In this document: one piece after another, positions 9,044-16,879 of the stretch
How positions within the stretch are numbered: position 1 is the stretch's first letter
How the letters are laid out: each line of letters begins with the position of its first letter
NCBI GenBank assembly: GCA_963666275.2
Contig: CAXXOA010000003.1
Coordinates: forward strand, 42,653-106,652
Source: Oceanispirochaeta sp.
Lineage (GTDB): Bacteria; Spirochaetota; Spirochaetia; DSM-2461
Direction of reading: 5' to 3'
Length of the DNA: 64,000 nucleotides
The notes under the pieces: generated by a model
The model's database searches: none
What the model saw: the letters and a program-made list of their open reading frames with translations, nothing else
Told to the model about the DNA's origin: nothing
Translations under genes and position numbers: made by a program

Positions 9044-9080
9044 GCAGCAGCCGATTGATCATCGGCTGCTGCGTCTTTTT
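9044..9080 (+). terminator. Rho-independent terminator after the FAD/Fe-S/FAD operon
   Basis: 12-bp stem GCAGCAGCCGAT-tgatc-ATCGGCTGCTGC followed by GTCTTTTT. Confidence 0.85.
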
Positions 9081-9253
9081 GTGTGATAGGAGCGTCAAAG
9101 CAATGAGCTCCGATTCTCAATTCAATCCATCTGCTGCCGGCCTTAAATCTGATATAAGAGTCATTCATATTCTTTCTGGGGGATAGCCGTTATGCGGAGT
9201 CTGTATATCAGTGCGAATTCTTTTTTAAAAATTATGTATACCTAAAATCTTGC

Positions 9254-9286
9254 TTGACATCCGGAGATTCCAATTTATACTGGAAT
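9254..9286 (+). promoter_or_regulatory. Sigma70 promoter (TTGACA 9254-9259, 16 nt, TATACT 9276-9281) overlapped by inverted repeat ATTCCA-N8-TGGAAT (9267-9286)
   Basis: Read directly. The dyad spans the -10 hexamer, so it is a candidate operator, for example for the adjacent TetR. Confidence 0.6.
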
Positions 9287-9312
9287 TTCAGGAGACAAAA
9301 AAGGGGGAAACT

Positions 9313-10314
9313 ATGACAGAAAAGGAGAACTGGTTCCGTCTAATCAGGAATGAGAATCCCGGGTGGATTACAACACCCTGGGAGGCTTTTGAAGGGAATT
9401 TCTATGGGAACACCTTTGTTCTGGATCCCATATACACAGCGTTCAAGGGGGATGCAGTGCTGGGAACCTATTCCGATCAATGGGGTGTAACCTGGAAGTG
9501 GATTGAAGGACACAGACCGAATCCCTATGTGACAGAAGAGAATAAAGCCATTACCGATATAACAAAGTGGAAGGAACAGATCATCTTTCCCCCTCTGGAA
9601 GGTCATGACTGGGAATCGGCCGAACAGGTTGCCTCAAAAGTCGATAGGAGCGAGAAAATCGTCGGAAACATGCTTGTTGGGGGGCTTTTCGAACTGACCC
9701 ACTACCTGATGGGATTTCAGGATGCCCTGTGTAACTACATGCTCGAGCCTGATCATATGTATGATCTAGTCGGAGCCCTGGCGGACTGGAAGATAGAGCA
9801 TCTGAGGCAGGTCATCAGGCATATTGAACCGGACGTTGTGCTTTTTCATGATGACTGGGGCAATAAGGATAACCTCTTTCTTCCCCCGGATGTCTGGAGA
9901 GCTGTGATTAAACCGCACCAGAAAAGGATTGTGGACTTTGTCAAAGCCCATGATGTCATGTATCTTCACCACTCGGACAGTATCTGCGAACCTATCATAG
10001 AGGATATGGTGGAACTGGGTATTGATGCCTGGCAGGGTGTGATCCCCCAGAATGATATAGTGGGAATCCAGAAGCAGCTGAAAGGACGTATGGCTATGAT
10101 CGGGGGAATTGATGCCCAGGTGATCGATATGGCCGAGGCAGACGAGAAAGTTATACGGAATGAGGTAAGGAAATGCATGGATACCTACTGTCCTCAGGGG
10201 CATTTTATTCCCTGTATTCCCAATATCCTTCCTATTTTTCCGGATGTGAATGCCATTTACGAGGATGAACTGAAAAGCTACGGCAAAACCTTCTATTCTA
10301 CGGTAGGGGTGTGA
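9313..10314 (+). CDS. URO-D (uroporphyrinogen decarboxylase / MtaA-CmuA methyltransferase-like) family protein
   Basis: The ORF spans 9250-10314; ATG 9313 is preferred because it has a GGGGGA SD and 9254-9281 is a sigma70 promoter. The size (~333 aa) and blocks such as VVLFHDDWGNKDNLFLPPDVW and HSDSICEPIIEDMVELGIDAWQGV resemble URO-D-fold proteins. This family call was made by eye only. Confidence 0.6.
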   Translation: MTEKENWFRLIRNENPGWITTPWEAFEGNFYGNTFVLDPIYTAFKGDAVLGTYSDQWGVTWKWIEGHRPNPYVTEENKAITDITKWKEQIIFPPLEGHDWESAEQVASKVDRSEKIVGNMLVGGLFELTHYLMGFQDALCNYMLEPDHMYDLVGALADWKIEHLRQVIRHIEPDVVLFHDDWGNKDNLFLPPDVWRAVIKPHQKRIVDFVKAHDVMYLHHSDSICEPIIEDMVELGIDAWQGVIPQNDIVGIQKQLKGRMAMIGGIDAQVIDMAEADEKVIRNEVRKCMDTYCPQGHFIPCIPNILPIFPDVNAIYEDELKSYGKTFYSTVGV

Positions 10315-10978
10315 TTTTCACCTGGAAGTAGTTCTGAAGTTCAACTGAAATACGATCAAAGAGGGTCAGGCTCTTTTCCATAATGTCCGATATCTCTTCC
10401 TCTCCCAGGCCTAATGACTGGAACATGAGCCTGATTCTCATTCTGATGAAATCGTCTACAGTGACCTGAAGATAGCCTTCGATCATTTTCATTGTGATTC
10501 CAAGGGTCAGAGACGAGTTGGCCACCTGAATCATTTTTATCTCATTTTCGCTGAGGGGAAGGTTGTACTCTCTTACGTGCATTTCCCAGAAATCTTTCAT
10601 AAGCAGGAGTTCATACTCCATATAGACTCCCTCCAGGGATATCTCATAGATAAACCTCTTCAGATTTTCATCGGAAAATTTGATTTTTGTGTAGATAATC
10701 TGTTCCAGAGAGGTGGCGACTCTCAAATCATAGGGTTCATTCAGTTCTCTGAATAGCTTTTTTACCGCTTCTTTGATCTGTATCCGAAAGTCAGAATGGA
10801 TTTCTCCGGCTATGGCTTTTTTTGATTTGAAGTAGTAGGTAATGAGGCCCTGATTCAGTCCGGTATGATCCAGAATATTCACATAGGTGGTTTTCTTATA
10901 CCCCTTTTTGTAGAAGAGTTCTCTGTAGGCATTGAGGATAGTAGATCTTGTTTTCTGTCCTGTCGGATATCCGGCCAT
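10298..10978 (-). CDS. TetR/AcrR-family transcriptional regulator
   Basis: 226 aa. It has an N-terminal TetR HTH (TRSTILNAYRELFYKKGYKKTTYVNILDHTGLNQGLITYYFKSKKAI). Its 3' end overlaps the convergent URO-D gene by 17 bp. Confidence 0.9.
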   Translation of the reverse strand: MAGYPTGQKTRSTILNAYRELFYKKGYKKTTYVNILDHTGLNQGLITYYFKSKKAIAGEIHSDFRIQIKEAVKKLFRELNEPYDLRVATSLEQIIYTKIKFSDENLKRFIYEISLEGVYMEYELLLMKDFWEMHVREYNLPLSENEIKMIQVANSSLTLGITMKMIEGYLQVTVDDFIRMRIRLMFQSLGLGEEEISDIMEKSLTLFDRISVELQNYFQVKITPLP

Positions 10979-11104
10979 ATATTATTTAATCTCTTTCACG
11001 GGTTCAAAATACTCCTGGGGAGGAGAGGGGGCAGTCATACCATAACAGAATCAATCTGCCGGTTCAATCAGCAGGCAGAAAGAAATAGACAGGGATAAAT
11101 AAAA

Positions 11105-11133
11105 TTGACGGATCCGGATTCCTGACTTAAAAT
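11105..11133 (+). promoter_or_regulatory. Sigma70 promoter of the MerR gene (TTGACG-17 nt-TAAAAT), containing palindrome CGGATCCG
   Basis: Hexamers are at 11105-11110 and 11128-11133. Confidence 0.5.
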
Positions 11134-11187
11134 AATAGAATATATTCACCGAATAATTTCAATTTGAATGATCATTGGAACAATAAT

Positions 11188-12045
11188 ATGAATGAAGGCT
11201 GGATCAAAGACAATTACTCCATAGGCGAAATATCAGAAATCTTCGGAATCCCGAAAAAAATGCTGCGCTATTGGGACAGCATCGATCTCTTAAAGCCCTA
11301 TACAATTGATGAAATCAATAACTACAGGTATTACTCGTCCTCCCAGTTCTACCTGCTGAATTTTATTAAATACCTGAGGAATCTGGGTGTGGCCTATTCC
11401 GAAATCAAGATGAAGATGAATGAAACCCATATCAACAGCCTGGAGCAGCTCATCAAAGAGCAGATTCTGGAAAGTGAAAAGCGGATACGGGAGATTCACC
11501 GGAACAAGAAAATCCTGGCCTCCCATCTGGCAGACATAGAAATGGTAAAGGAAACCTCGGAACTGGAGGTCGACACCATCATGATTCACCATAGGGAAGA
11601 AGAGCAGTTCATCTGTCTGGAGCACACTGTGGACAGTCGGGAGAATTTTGAAATAGCTATGAGGCGTATGGAGCAGATCCTCTGCGGCCATCCCATGCTC
11701 CTTGTGTCTCAGGTCAGCCTTATTATGAGCCGGGAAAACTTCTTTGATGGAGAGTATATCCGGTTTAAATCGATCAATGTTCCCTGCGGTTTGTATAAAA
11801 CCAGAAAGAAACAGAATATTATAAGCTTTCCAGAAGGTTTGTATGCCTCTGTTAAGTTCTGGGGAAATGTGGCCAACTCCGCCCCTGTCTATGAACAGAT
11901 GAGGGAGTATTTACAAAAGAAAAATTACTCTATTATAGGTGATATAAGAAGAACTCCCATTTCTGTCGGTACAAAAGAGGGGAGTCATGATCACCTTGCC
12001 GAGCTGATCATTCCGATAGAAAATAATCTTGAAAAAAGTTTTTGA
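11188..12045 (+). CDS. MerR-family transcriptional regulator with C-terminal GyrI-like (effector-binding) domain
   Basis: The ORF starts at TTG 11164; ATG 11188 is equally possible, and neither has a good SD. It has a MerR HTH (YSIGEISEIFGIPKKMLRYWDSIDLLKP), a coiled-coil linker, then a ~150-aa C-terminal domain of GyrI/BmrR-type length. Confidence 0.85.
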   Translation: MNEGWIKDNYSIGEISEIFGIPKKMLRYWDSIDLLKPYTIDEINNYRYYSSSQFYLLNFIKYLRNLGVAYSEIKMKMNETHINSLEQLIKEQILESEKRIREIHRNKKILASHLADIEMVKETSELEVDTIMIHHREEEQFICLEHTVDSRENFEIAMRRMEQILCGHPMLLVSQVSLIMSRENFFDGEYIRFKSINVPCGLYKTRKKQNIISFPEGLYASVKFWGNVANSAPVYEQMREYLQKKNYSIIGDIRRTPISVGTKEGSHDHLAELIIPIENNLEKSF

Positions 12046-12072
12046 CCTTCCCACCTTGGGAAGGTCTACAAT
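12042..12072 (+). promoter_or_regulatory. MerR-type promoter of the GRE operon: -35 TTGACC, 19-nt spacer filled by the perfect dyad GACCTTCCCA-cct-TGGGAAGGTC, -10 TACAAT
   Basis: The -35 is at 12042-12047 (overlapping the merR stop codon 12043-12045). The dyad is at 12044-12053 / 12057-12066. The -10 is at 12067-12072. The activase ATG is at 12107. Confidence 0.8.
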
Positions 12073-12106
12073 CATTTTAAGTTTCCGAAAAACAAGGATT
12101 TTCACT

Positions 12107-13033
12107 ATGTCTGAAAAAAATACTCAGGGTATGGTTTTTGATATTCAGCCCTGTTCCATTCATGACGGTCCGGGGATACGAACCACCGTTTTTTTGAACG
12201 GATGCTATCTGCGCTGTAAATGGTGTCAGAATCCCGAATCTTTTTCACTGAAACCCGTACTTTCCTATTCGGCTGATAAATGCACCGGATGCGGAATGTG
12301 CCTGACTGTCTGTCCGAATAATGCCATTACCCTGCAGCCGGATGGAAAAACAAAAAATAACCGGGAACTCTGTGATGCCTGCGGTGCCTGTGTGACCGTG
12401 TGTCCGGCCAATGCCAGAAGTATTATAGGCAAGTCCTACACAGCTCAGGAGATCCTGGAAATTGTAGAAAAAGACAGGGTCTTTTATGAGGGTTCCGGAG
12501 GCGGCGTGACTCTGAGCGGAGGAGAGATCCTTTTTCAGAACGACTTTGCCCGGGAAGTTCTGAAGCTCTGCAGAGAAGCGGGACTTTCTACAGCTGTTGA
12601 AACCACAGGGCATGCAGACTGGGAGAAAGTCCGGGATGTCCTGCAGTACGCCGATGTGGTTCTCTACGACCTGAAGCACATGGATTCTGATAGGCATAAA
12701 GAGGCCACAGGAGTGGGAAACCGGAAGATCCTTGAAAATATCAAACTCATAAAACACGAGCTGAAAAAGGAGATCTATATCAGAATCCCTGTGATTCCCG
12801 GATTCAATGACTCATCAGAAAATCTGATGGAGACAGCGACTTTTATCAGGGAGGAACTGGGGCAGGATACAAAAATCAACCTGCTTCCCTATCACAGACT
12901 GGGGCTTGGAAAGTGGGAACTGCTGGAGCAGCCGGTGGTACCTTTCGAAGCGGAGCCGCCCACAGGCGAGCAAATGGAATATGCAAAAAATATTTTTTCC
13001 CTTCAGGGACTAACTGCGGGAATAGGAGGATGA
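12107..13033 (+). CDS. Glycyl-radical enzyme activating enzyme (radical SAM, with two auxiliary ferredoxin-type clusters)
   Basis: The ORF starts at 12029, but ATG 12107 follows an AAGGA SD and lies downstream of the promoter at 12042-12072. Motifs: DGPGIRTTVFLNGCYLRCKWCQNPE (CX3CX2C), CTGCGMCLTVCP and CDACGACVTVCP. Confidence 0.93.
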   Translation: MSEKNTQGMVFDIQPCSIHDGPGIRTTVFLNGCYLRCKWCQNPESFSLKPVLSYSADKCTGCGMCLTVCPNNAITLQPDGKTKNNRELCDACGACVTVCPANARSIIGKSYTAQEILEIVEKDRVFYEGSGGGVTLSGGEILFQNDFAREVLKLCREAGLSTAVETTGHADWEKVRDVLQYADVVLYDLKHMDSDRHKEATGVGNRKILENIKLIKHELKKEIYIRIPVIPGFNDSSENLMETATFIREELGQDTKINLLPYHRLGLGKWELLEQPVVPFEAEPPTGEQMEYAKNIFSLQGLTAGIGG

Positions 13034-13037
13034 TCAT

Positions 13038-15431
13038 ATGACGAAAAGGATCGAAAGAATGCTGGGGAATCTGAAGATTGACAAGTATCCCCTCTGCATT
13101 GAAAAATTCAGGATTGCCACGAAAACACTGGCGGAAACAGAGGGGGAACCCAATGTCCTCCGGCGTGCCAAAATCATGAAGAATGTTCTTGAGAACATAA
13201 CGATCTTCATCGAAGACGGAGAACTCTTTGCCGGCGCGGGAGCCAGTAAACCCTTTGGTCTGGAGATCGACTACGAGTATGGTACATGGACCCAGGATGA
13301 GATTGATTCCCTGAAATCTGAGAACTATACTATTACTCCCGAAGATGAGGCGGAGCTTCAGCACATCAATAACACCTATGAGATTCACAGCCTTGTGTCT
13401 ACCATGGGAGCTGTCTTCTTTGAAAACAAACAGCTCTGGCCTTTTATGAAAGCCGGAATGATCCTTCCCCCCTGGAAAGGGAAAAAAGAGGGAAGCGGCG
13501 GAGGCTATGCCCAGTCTGGACTGGGACTCGGCCCCGGGTTCTTCCTGGTGGGGATGGATTTCGAGAGGATGCTGAATGACGGTTCCCTGAAAATAATCGC
13601 CGAGTGCGAAGCCGAACTGGAAGCCATGAAGGCCAGAGGGGAAGATAACCGGGAAGGAGAGGATTTCCTCAATGCCGTTATCATTGTTCACAAAGCCATT
13701 ATCAACTTTGCCGAACGATATGCCGTACTGGCAGAATCCATGGCAGCAGATGAGAAAGATAAAACCAGAGCAGAAGAGCTTCTTCGAATAGCCGCAGCCT
13801 GCCGTAAGGTCCCTGCCCATCCGGCAGAGTCATTCTTCGAAGCGATCCAGTCCTTCTGGTTCTCCTTCCTCTTTGCCTCTCCCTCTCCCACCACTGCGGG
13901 AGCCCGGTTTGACCAGTTCATGTACCCCTTTTACAGGAAGGATATCGAAAGCGGAGCCACCTCAGACGAGGAAGTTCTGGAACTGCTTGAAGTTCTGAGA
14001 ATCAAGGATATGAAGCTCAACAGGGTCTCGGGAAAACAGAACAGAAAAAAGAATGCGGGAATGGCCAAATGGCATAACTGGACCATCGGCGGTGTGGATT
14101 CCCAGGGCAATGACGCCAGCAACAAGCTCTCCTATCTGCTCCTGGATGCTGCTATTGAGACCAAGGTTCCCCACCATACCATTACCCTGCGGGTTCATGA
14201 CAAAACCCCAGATGATCTTATGGTGAAAGCCCTGGAAGTGGTGAAAGCCGGCCTTGGCCTGCCCGCCTTTGTGGGCGACAAGTCGTATATAAATTTCTTC
14301 AGAATGAAGGGAATGAGCCTGGAGGATTCCCGGAATTATATTATGACAGGCTGTCTGGACGGAAACATTCCTGCCAAGGCCAGAACCGTTGCGGTTGGTA
14401 TGTTCCTGGTGGCGCTGGGATATGACATTTTCATGCACAACGGATTCAACAACGGAACCGGGGAAATGGTGGGAATCAAAACCGGCGATGTGACAGAAAT
14501 GGCCGACTTTGAAGAGTACAAGAGCGCTTTCTACAAACAGCTCGACTATCTGCTGGAACTGGCTGTCGAAAAGAGCAACATCGAACTGAAAGCCGAACAG
14601 GACCTCTTTCCCGATCCCTTCCGTTCTTCTCTGATGAAAGATGCCATTAAAGAGAAAAAGGATATTCTCAGAAGGACTATGCCTCTGGAAAACGGCCTTG
14701 TTCTGTGTACCATCGGGGCTATCAATGTGGCCGACTCTATGGCCGCGGTGAAAAAGCTTGTCTTTGAAGAGAAGAAATACACCATGCAGGAGTTAATGAC
14801 AGCCCTGGATTCCAACTGGGAAGGTTATGAAGTTATGCGAAATGATTTCATAGAAGCCCCCAAATATGGTAACGACGAAGACTACGTAGACCTTCTGGCT
14901 GCAGAACTCTACTCCCATATAGAAAAGAAGCTGGCTTCCATGGATACCTATTACGGAGGAAAAGCTGTAACAACAGCCATTTCCATTACGTCCCATCAGC
15001 CCGGTGGAGCCCTGACGGGAGCTACTCCTGATGGAAGAAAAAAAGGTGAGATACTGGCGGATGGAAGTATGTCTCCCATGCACGGGTACGACAAGAAAGG
15101 CCCCACCGGTGTTCTCAAAAGTGCCATGAAAATTGACCAGGATCCCTATCAGGCAACCCTGCTCAATATGAAGTTCCATCCTTCTGCGCTCAGCAGTGAG
15201 GCGGATATGGTGAAACTGGGGAATCTGATCAAAACCTATTTCTCCCAGGGCGGTAAACACATGCAGTTCAATATTGTGGACAAAGGCCAGTTAATCGAGG
15301 CCAAGGAAACCCCCGAGGAGCATCAGGACCTGGTTGTCCGGGTGGCCGGATACAGTGCGTATTTTACAGCTCTCGGCACAGAAATGCAGGATGAAATCAT
15401 CGAGAGAACAGAGTTCACAACGGTTGGTTAA
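13038..15431 (+). CDS. Glycyl-radical enzyme, PFL2/glycerol-dehydratase-like family, substrate unknown
   Basis: 797 aa with a GGAGGA SD. The C-terminal glycyl-radical motif is VVRVAGYSAYF (Gly771, 15348-15350). The thiyl loop is YIMTGCLDGN (Cys439 at 14352-14354, Asp441 at 14358-14360). The N-terminal PFL-like barrel signature includes WHNWTIGG. Confidence 0.93.
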   Translation: MTKRIERMLGNLKIDKYPLCIEKFRIATKTLAETEGEPNVLRRAKIMKNVLENITIFIEDGELFAGAGASKPFGLEIDYEYGTWTQDEIDSLKSENYTITPEDEAELQHINNTYEIHSLVSTMGAVFFENKQLWPFMKAGMILPPWKGKKEGSGGGYAQSGLGLGPGFFLVGMDFERMLNDGSLKIIAECEAELEAMKARGEDNREGEDFLNAVIIVHKAIINFAERYAVLAESMAADEKDKTRAEELLRIAAACRKVPAHPAESFFEAIQSFWFSFLFASPSPTTAGARFDQFMYPFYRKDIESGATSDEEVLELLEVLRIKDMKLNRVSGKQNRKKNAGMAKWHNWTIGGVDSQGNDASNKLSYLLLDAAIETKVPHHTITLRVHDKTPDDLMVKALEVVKAGLGLPAFVGDKSYINFFRMKGMSLEDSRNYIMTGCLDGNIPAKARTVAVGMFLVALGYDIFMHNGFNNGTGEMVGIKTGDVTEMADFEEYKSAFYKQLDYLLELAVEKSNIELKAEQDLFPDPFRSSLMKDAIKEKKDILRRTMPLENGLVLCTIGAINVADSMAAVKKLVFEEKKYTMQELMTALDSNWEGYEVMRNDFIEAPKYGNDEDYVDLLAAELYSHIEKKLASMDTYYGGKAVTTAISITSHQPGGALTGATPDGRKKGEILADGSMSPMHGYDKKGPTGVLKSAMKIDQDPYQATLLNMKFHPSALSSEADMVKLGNLIKTYFSQGGKHMQFNIVDKGQLIEAKETPEEHQDLVVRVAGYSAYFTALGTEMQDEIIERTEFTTVG

Positions 15432-15435
15432 TCAT

Positions 15436-15474
15436 TCCGCACCGGAAAAAAAAGGATTAGGGATCCGGTGCGGA
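15436..15474 (+). other. Intercistronic 11-bp stem-loop (TCCGCACCGGA...TCCGGTGCGGA) between the GRE and permease genes, with no T-tract
   Basis: The arms are at 15436-15446 and 15464-15474 with a 17-nt A-rich loop. The absence of a U-run argues for an mRNA stability or processing element rather than a full terminator. Confidence 0.5.
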
Positions 15475-15497
15475 TATAATAGAAAAAGGAGGACTTT

Positions 15498-16781
15498 ATG
15501 TCTGTTGTTCTGATCTGTCTTGCTGCTATTGTGGCTGTCATCGTTATCGGGGCTAAAACAAAAACCAATATCGGTTTATGGGCCATTGGTGCGGCTTATC
15601 TGATCGGTGTTTTTGTATTGGGTCTGTCTCCCAGGGATATCATAGGTGTCTTTCCCACCAGATTGTTCCTGCTGCTTTTCTCTGTCACCCTGTTTTACGG
15701 ATTTGCTGTTCTCAACGGGACTCTGGAAGCTGTGGCAAAAAAGGTTGTCTACTCAGTAAGAGATATCCCCTGGGCTATTCCTATCGCTCTGTTCCTGCTG
15801 TCCTTCATAATGTCCGCCATCGGTGCAGGCGACGGAGCCACCGTGATGATGATCCCCATCGGACTTTCCATTGCGAAAGTGACAGGCATGAATAATATCC
15901 TGGCGGCGGTATCCTGCGTTTCCGGTATCAGTATGGGTGGGTTCTCCCCGATCAGTACTGCCGGTATCTTCCTCCGGGAGATGGCGGAACGGGCAGGGGG
16001 ACACTCTATCGCAGAGGTTAACAGCTACGGTAACCATGCCTTCTTTCAGGTCTGTTTGCTCTTTACCCTGGTATTCATTATTGCCTACTTTGTCTTCAAG
16101 GGTTACAAAATCGAAGCCCCTGTTCTGGACAAACCAGAACCCTTTGAAAAAGAACAGAAAAGGAACCTCGGTATTATCGTAGGATTTGTACTTGTACTGG
16201 TTATCGGACCTGTCCTGGGAAAGATTTTCCCCGGAAGTCCCGGAATCGTAAAAATTGCCAGAGGGATCTATCTGACATGGATCGCTTTCATCGGATCCAT
16301 CTTTGCTACCCTGCTGAAAGTAGGCGACGAGAAAATGGCTTTCAAAAGGGTTCCCCTTTCTGCTCTGACCACTCTCTGCGGTATGGGGACACTGATCGGT
16401 ATCGTCAGCAAATCCGGAGCAATTGAAATGGTTTCCGGTTACCTCTCCCAGAGTGTGCCCGCACCTCTGGTTCCCATCATGCTGGGACTGATCGCCGGTA
16501 TTATGAGCCTCTTTGTGAGCGGATTTGTTGTGAACACCACGTTCTTTGCTCTTGTACCGACTCTTGCTATGGGAACAGGTATGGTTTCTGGCTTCCTGTA
16601 CTCGGCTGTCGCTGTGGGTGGTATGTCTACTGCTGTATCCCCCTTCTCCGGATCGGGCGGTCTTGTGGTTGCCAGTGTGGAAGAAGAACATCATAGAAAT
16701 AAGATCTTCAACTTCCTCCTTATCTGGCCCTTTTTCAATCTGGCAGTATATCTTGTCATTGTAGCACTTGGTATTTACTAA
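15498..16781 (+). CDS. Polytopic permease, ion-transporter superfamily-like (CitMHS/ArsB/DASS/DcuC-type); probable substrate importer for the GRE
   Basis: 427 aa with an AGGAGGA SD. It is hydrophobic throughout (about 10-12 predicted helices) with a central amphipathic loop (KGYKIEAPVLDKPEPFEKEQKRN), a two-half architecture typical of IT-superfamily carriers. The family call is tentative. Confidence 0.6.
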   Translation: MSVVLICLAAIVAVIVIGAKTKTNIGLWAIGAAYLIGVFVLGLSPRDIIGVFPTRLFLLLFSVTLFYGFAVLNGTLEAVAKKVVYSVRDIPWAIPIALFLLSFIMSAIGAGDGATVMMIPIGLSIAKVTGMNNILAAVSCVSGISMGGFSPISTAGIFLREMAERAGGHSIAEVNSYGNHAFFQVCLLFTLVFIIAYFVFKGYKIEAPVLDKPEPFEKEQKRNLGIIVGFVLVLVIGPVLGKIFPGSPGIVKIARGIYLTWIAFIGSIFATLLKVGDEKMAFKRVPLSALTTLCGMGTLIGIVSKSGAIEMVSGYLSQSVPAPLVPIMLGLIAGIMSLFVSGFVVNTTFFALVPTLAMGTGMVSGFLYSAVAVGGMSTAVSPFSGSGGLVVASVEEEHHRNKIFNFLLIWPFFNLAVYLVIVALGIY

Positions 16782-16808
16782 GATATAACAGTTATTTATT
16801 GCTCAACA

Positions 16809-16838
16809 GGCTCCGGGATTATTCCGGGGCCTTTTTTT
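16809..16838 (+). terminator. Rho-independent terminator after the permease gene (end of the GRE operon)
   Basis: GGCTCCGG-gattatt-CCGGGGCC followed by T7. Confidence 0.8.
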
Positions 16839-16879
16839 ACTTTTCTTGAGGGATCGCATAAAGAAATGGACTGTATATG

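Noticed and set aside
7458-9098. A 546-aa ORF on the minus strand, the longest antisense ORF in the track.
   Set aside because: It lies entirely antisense to the well-supported FAD-oxidoreductase gene (7329-8993) and runs through its terminator. The translation is low-complexity (Gly/Ser/Thr/Val-rich) with no motif and no SD. It is a typical shadow ORF of a strongly codon-biased gene.
1679-9241. Recurrence of the hexamer GTATAC in three intergenic regions (1679, 1769, 9236) as a shared operator.
   Set aside because: A palindromic 6-mer is expected many times by chance in 64 kb. Only the extended 10-bp palindrome at 1767-1776 is reported as a candidate site.
15753-16694. A 313-aa minus-strand ORF.
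   Set aside because: It is antisense to the permease gene and hydrophilic and low-complexity (His/Gly/Ser/Asp-rich), so it is a shadow ORF. The same reasoning rejects 12876-13820 (-), 13962-14438 (-), 14793-15260 (-), 28930-29745 (+), 38861-39661 (-), 43733-44527 (+), 24539-25258 (-), 55674-56429 (-) and 61769-62662 (-).
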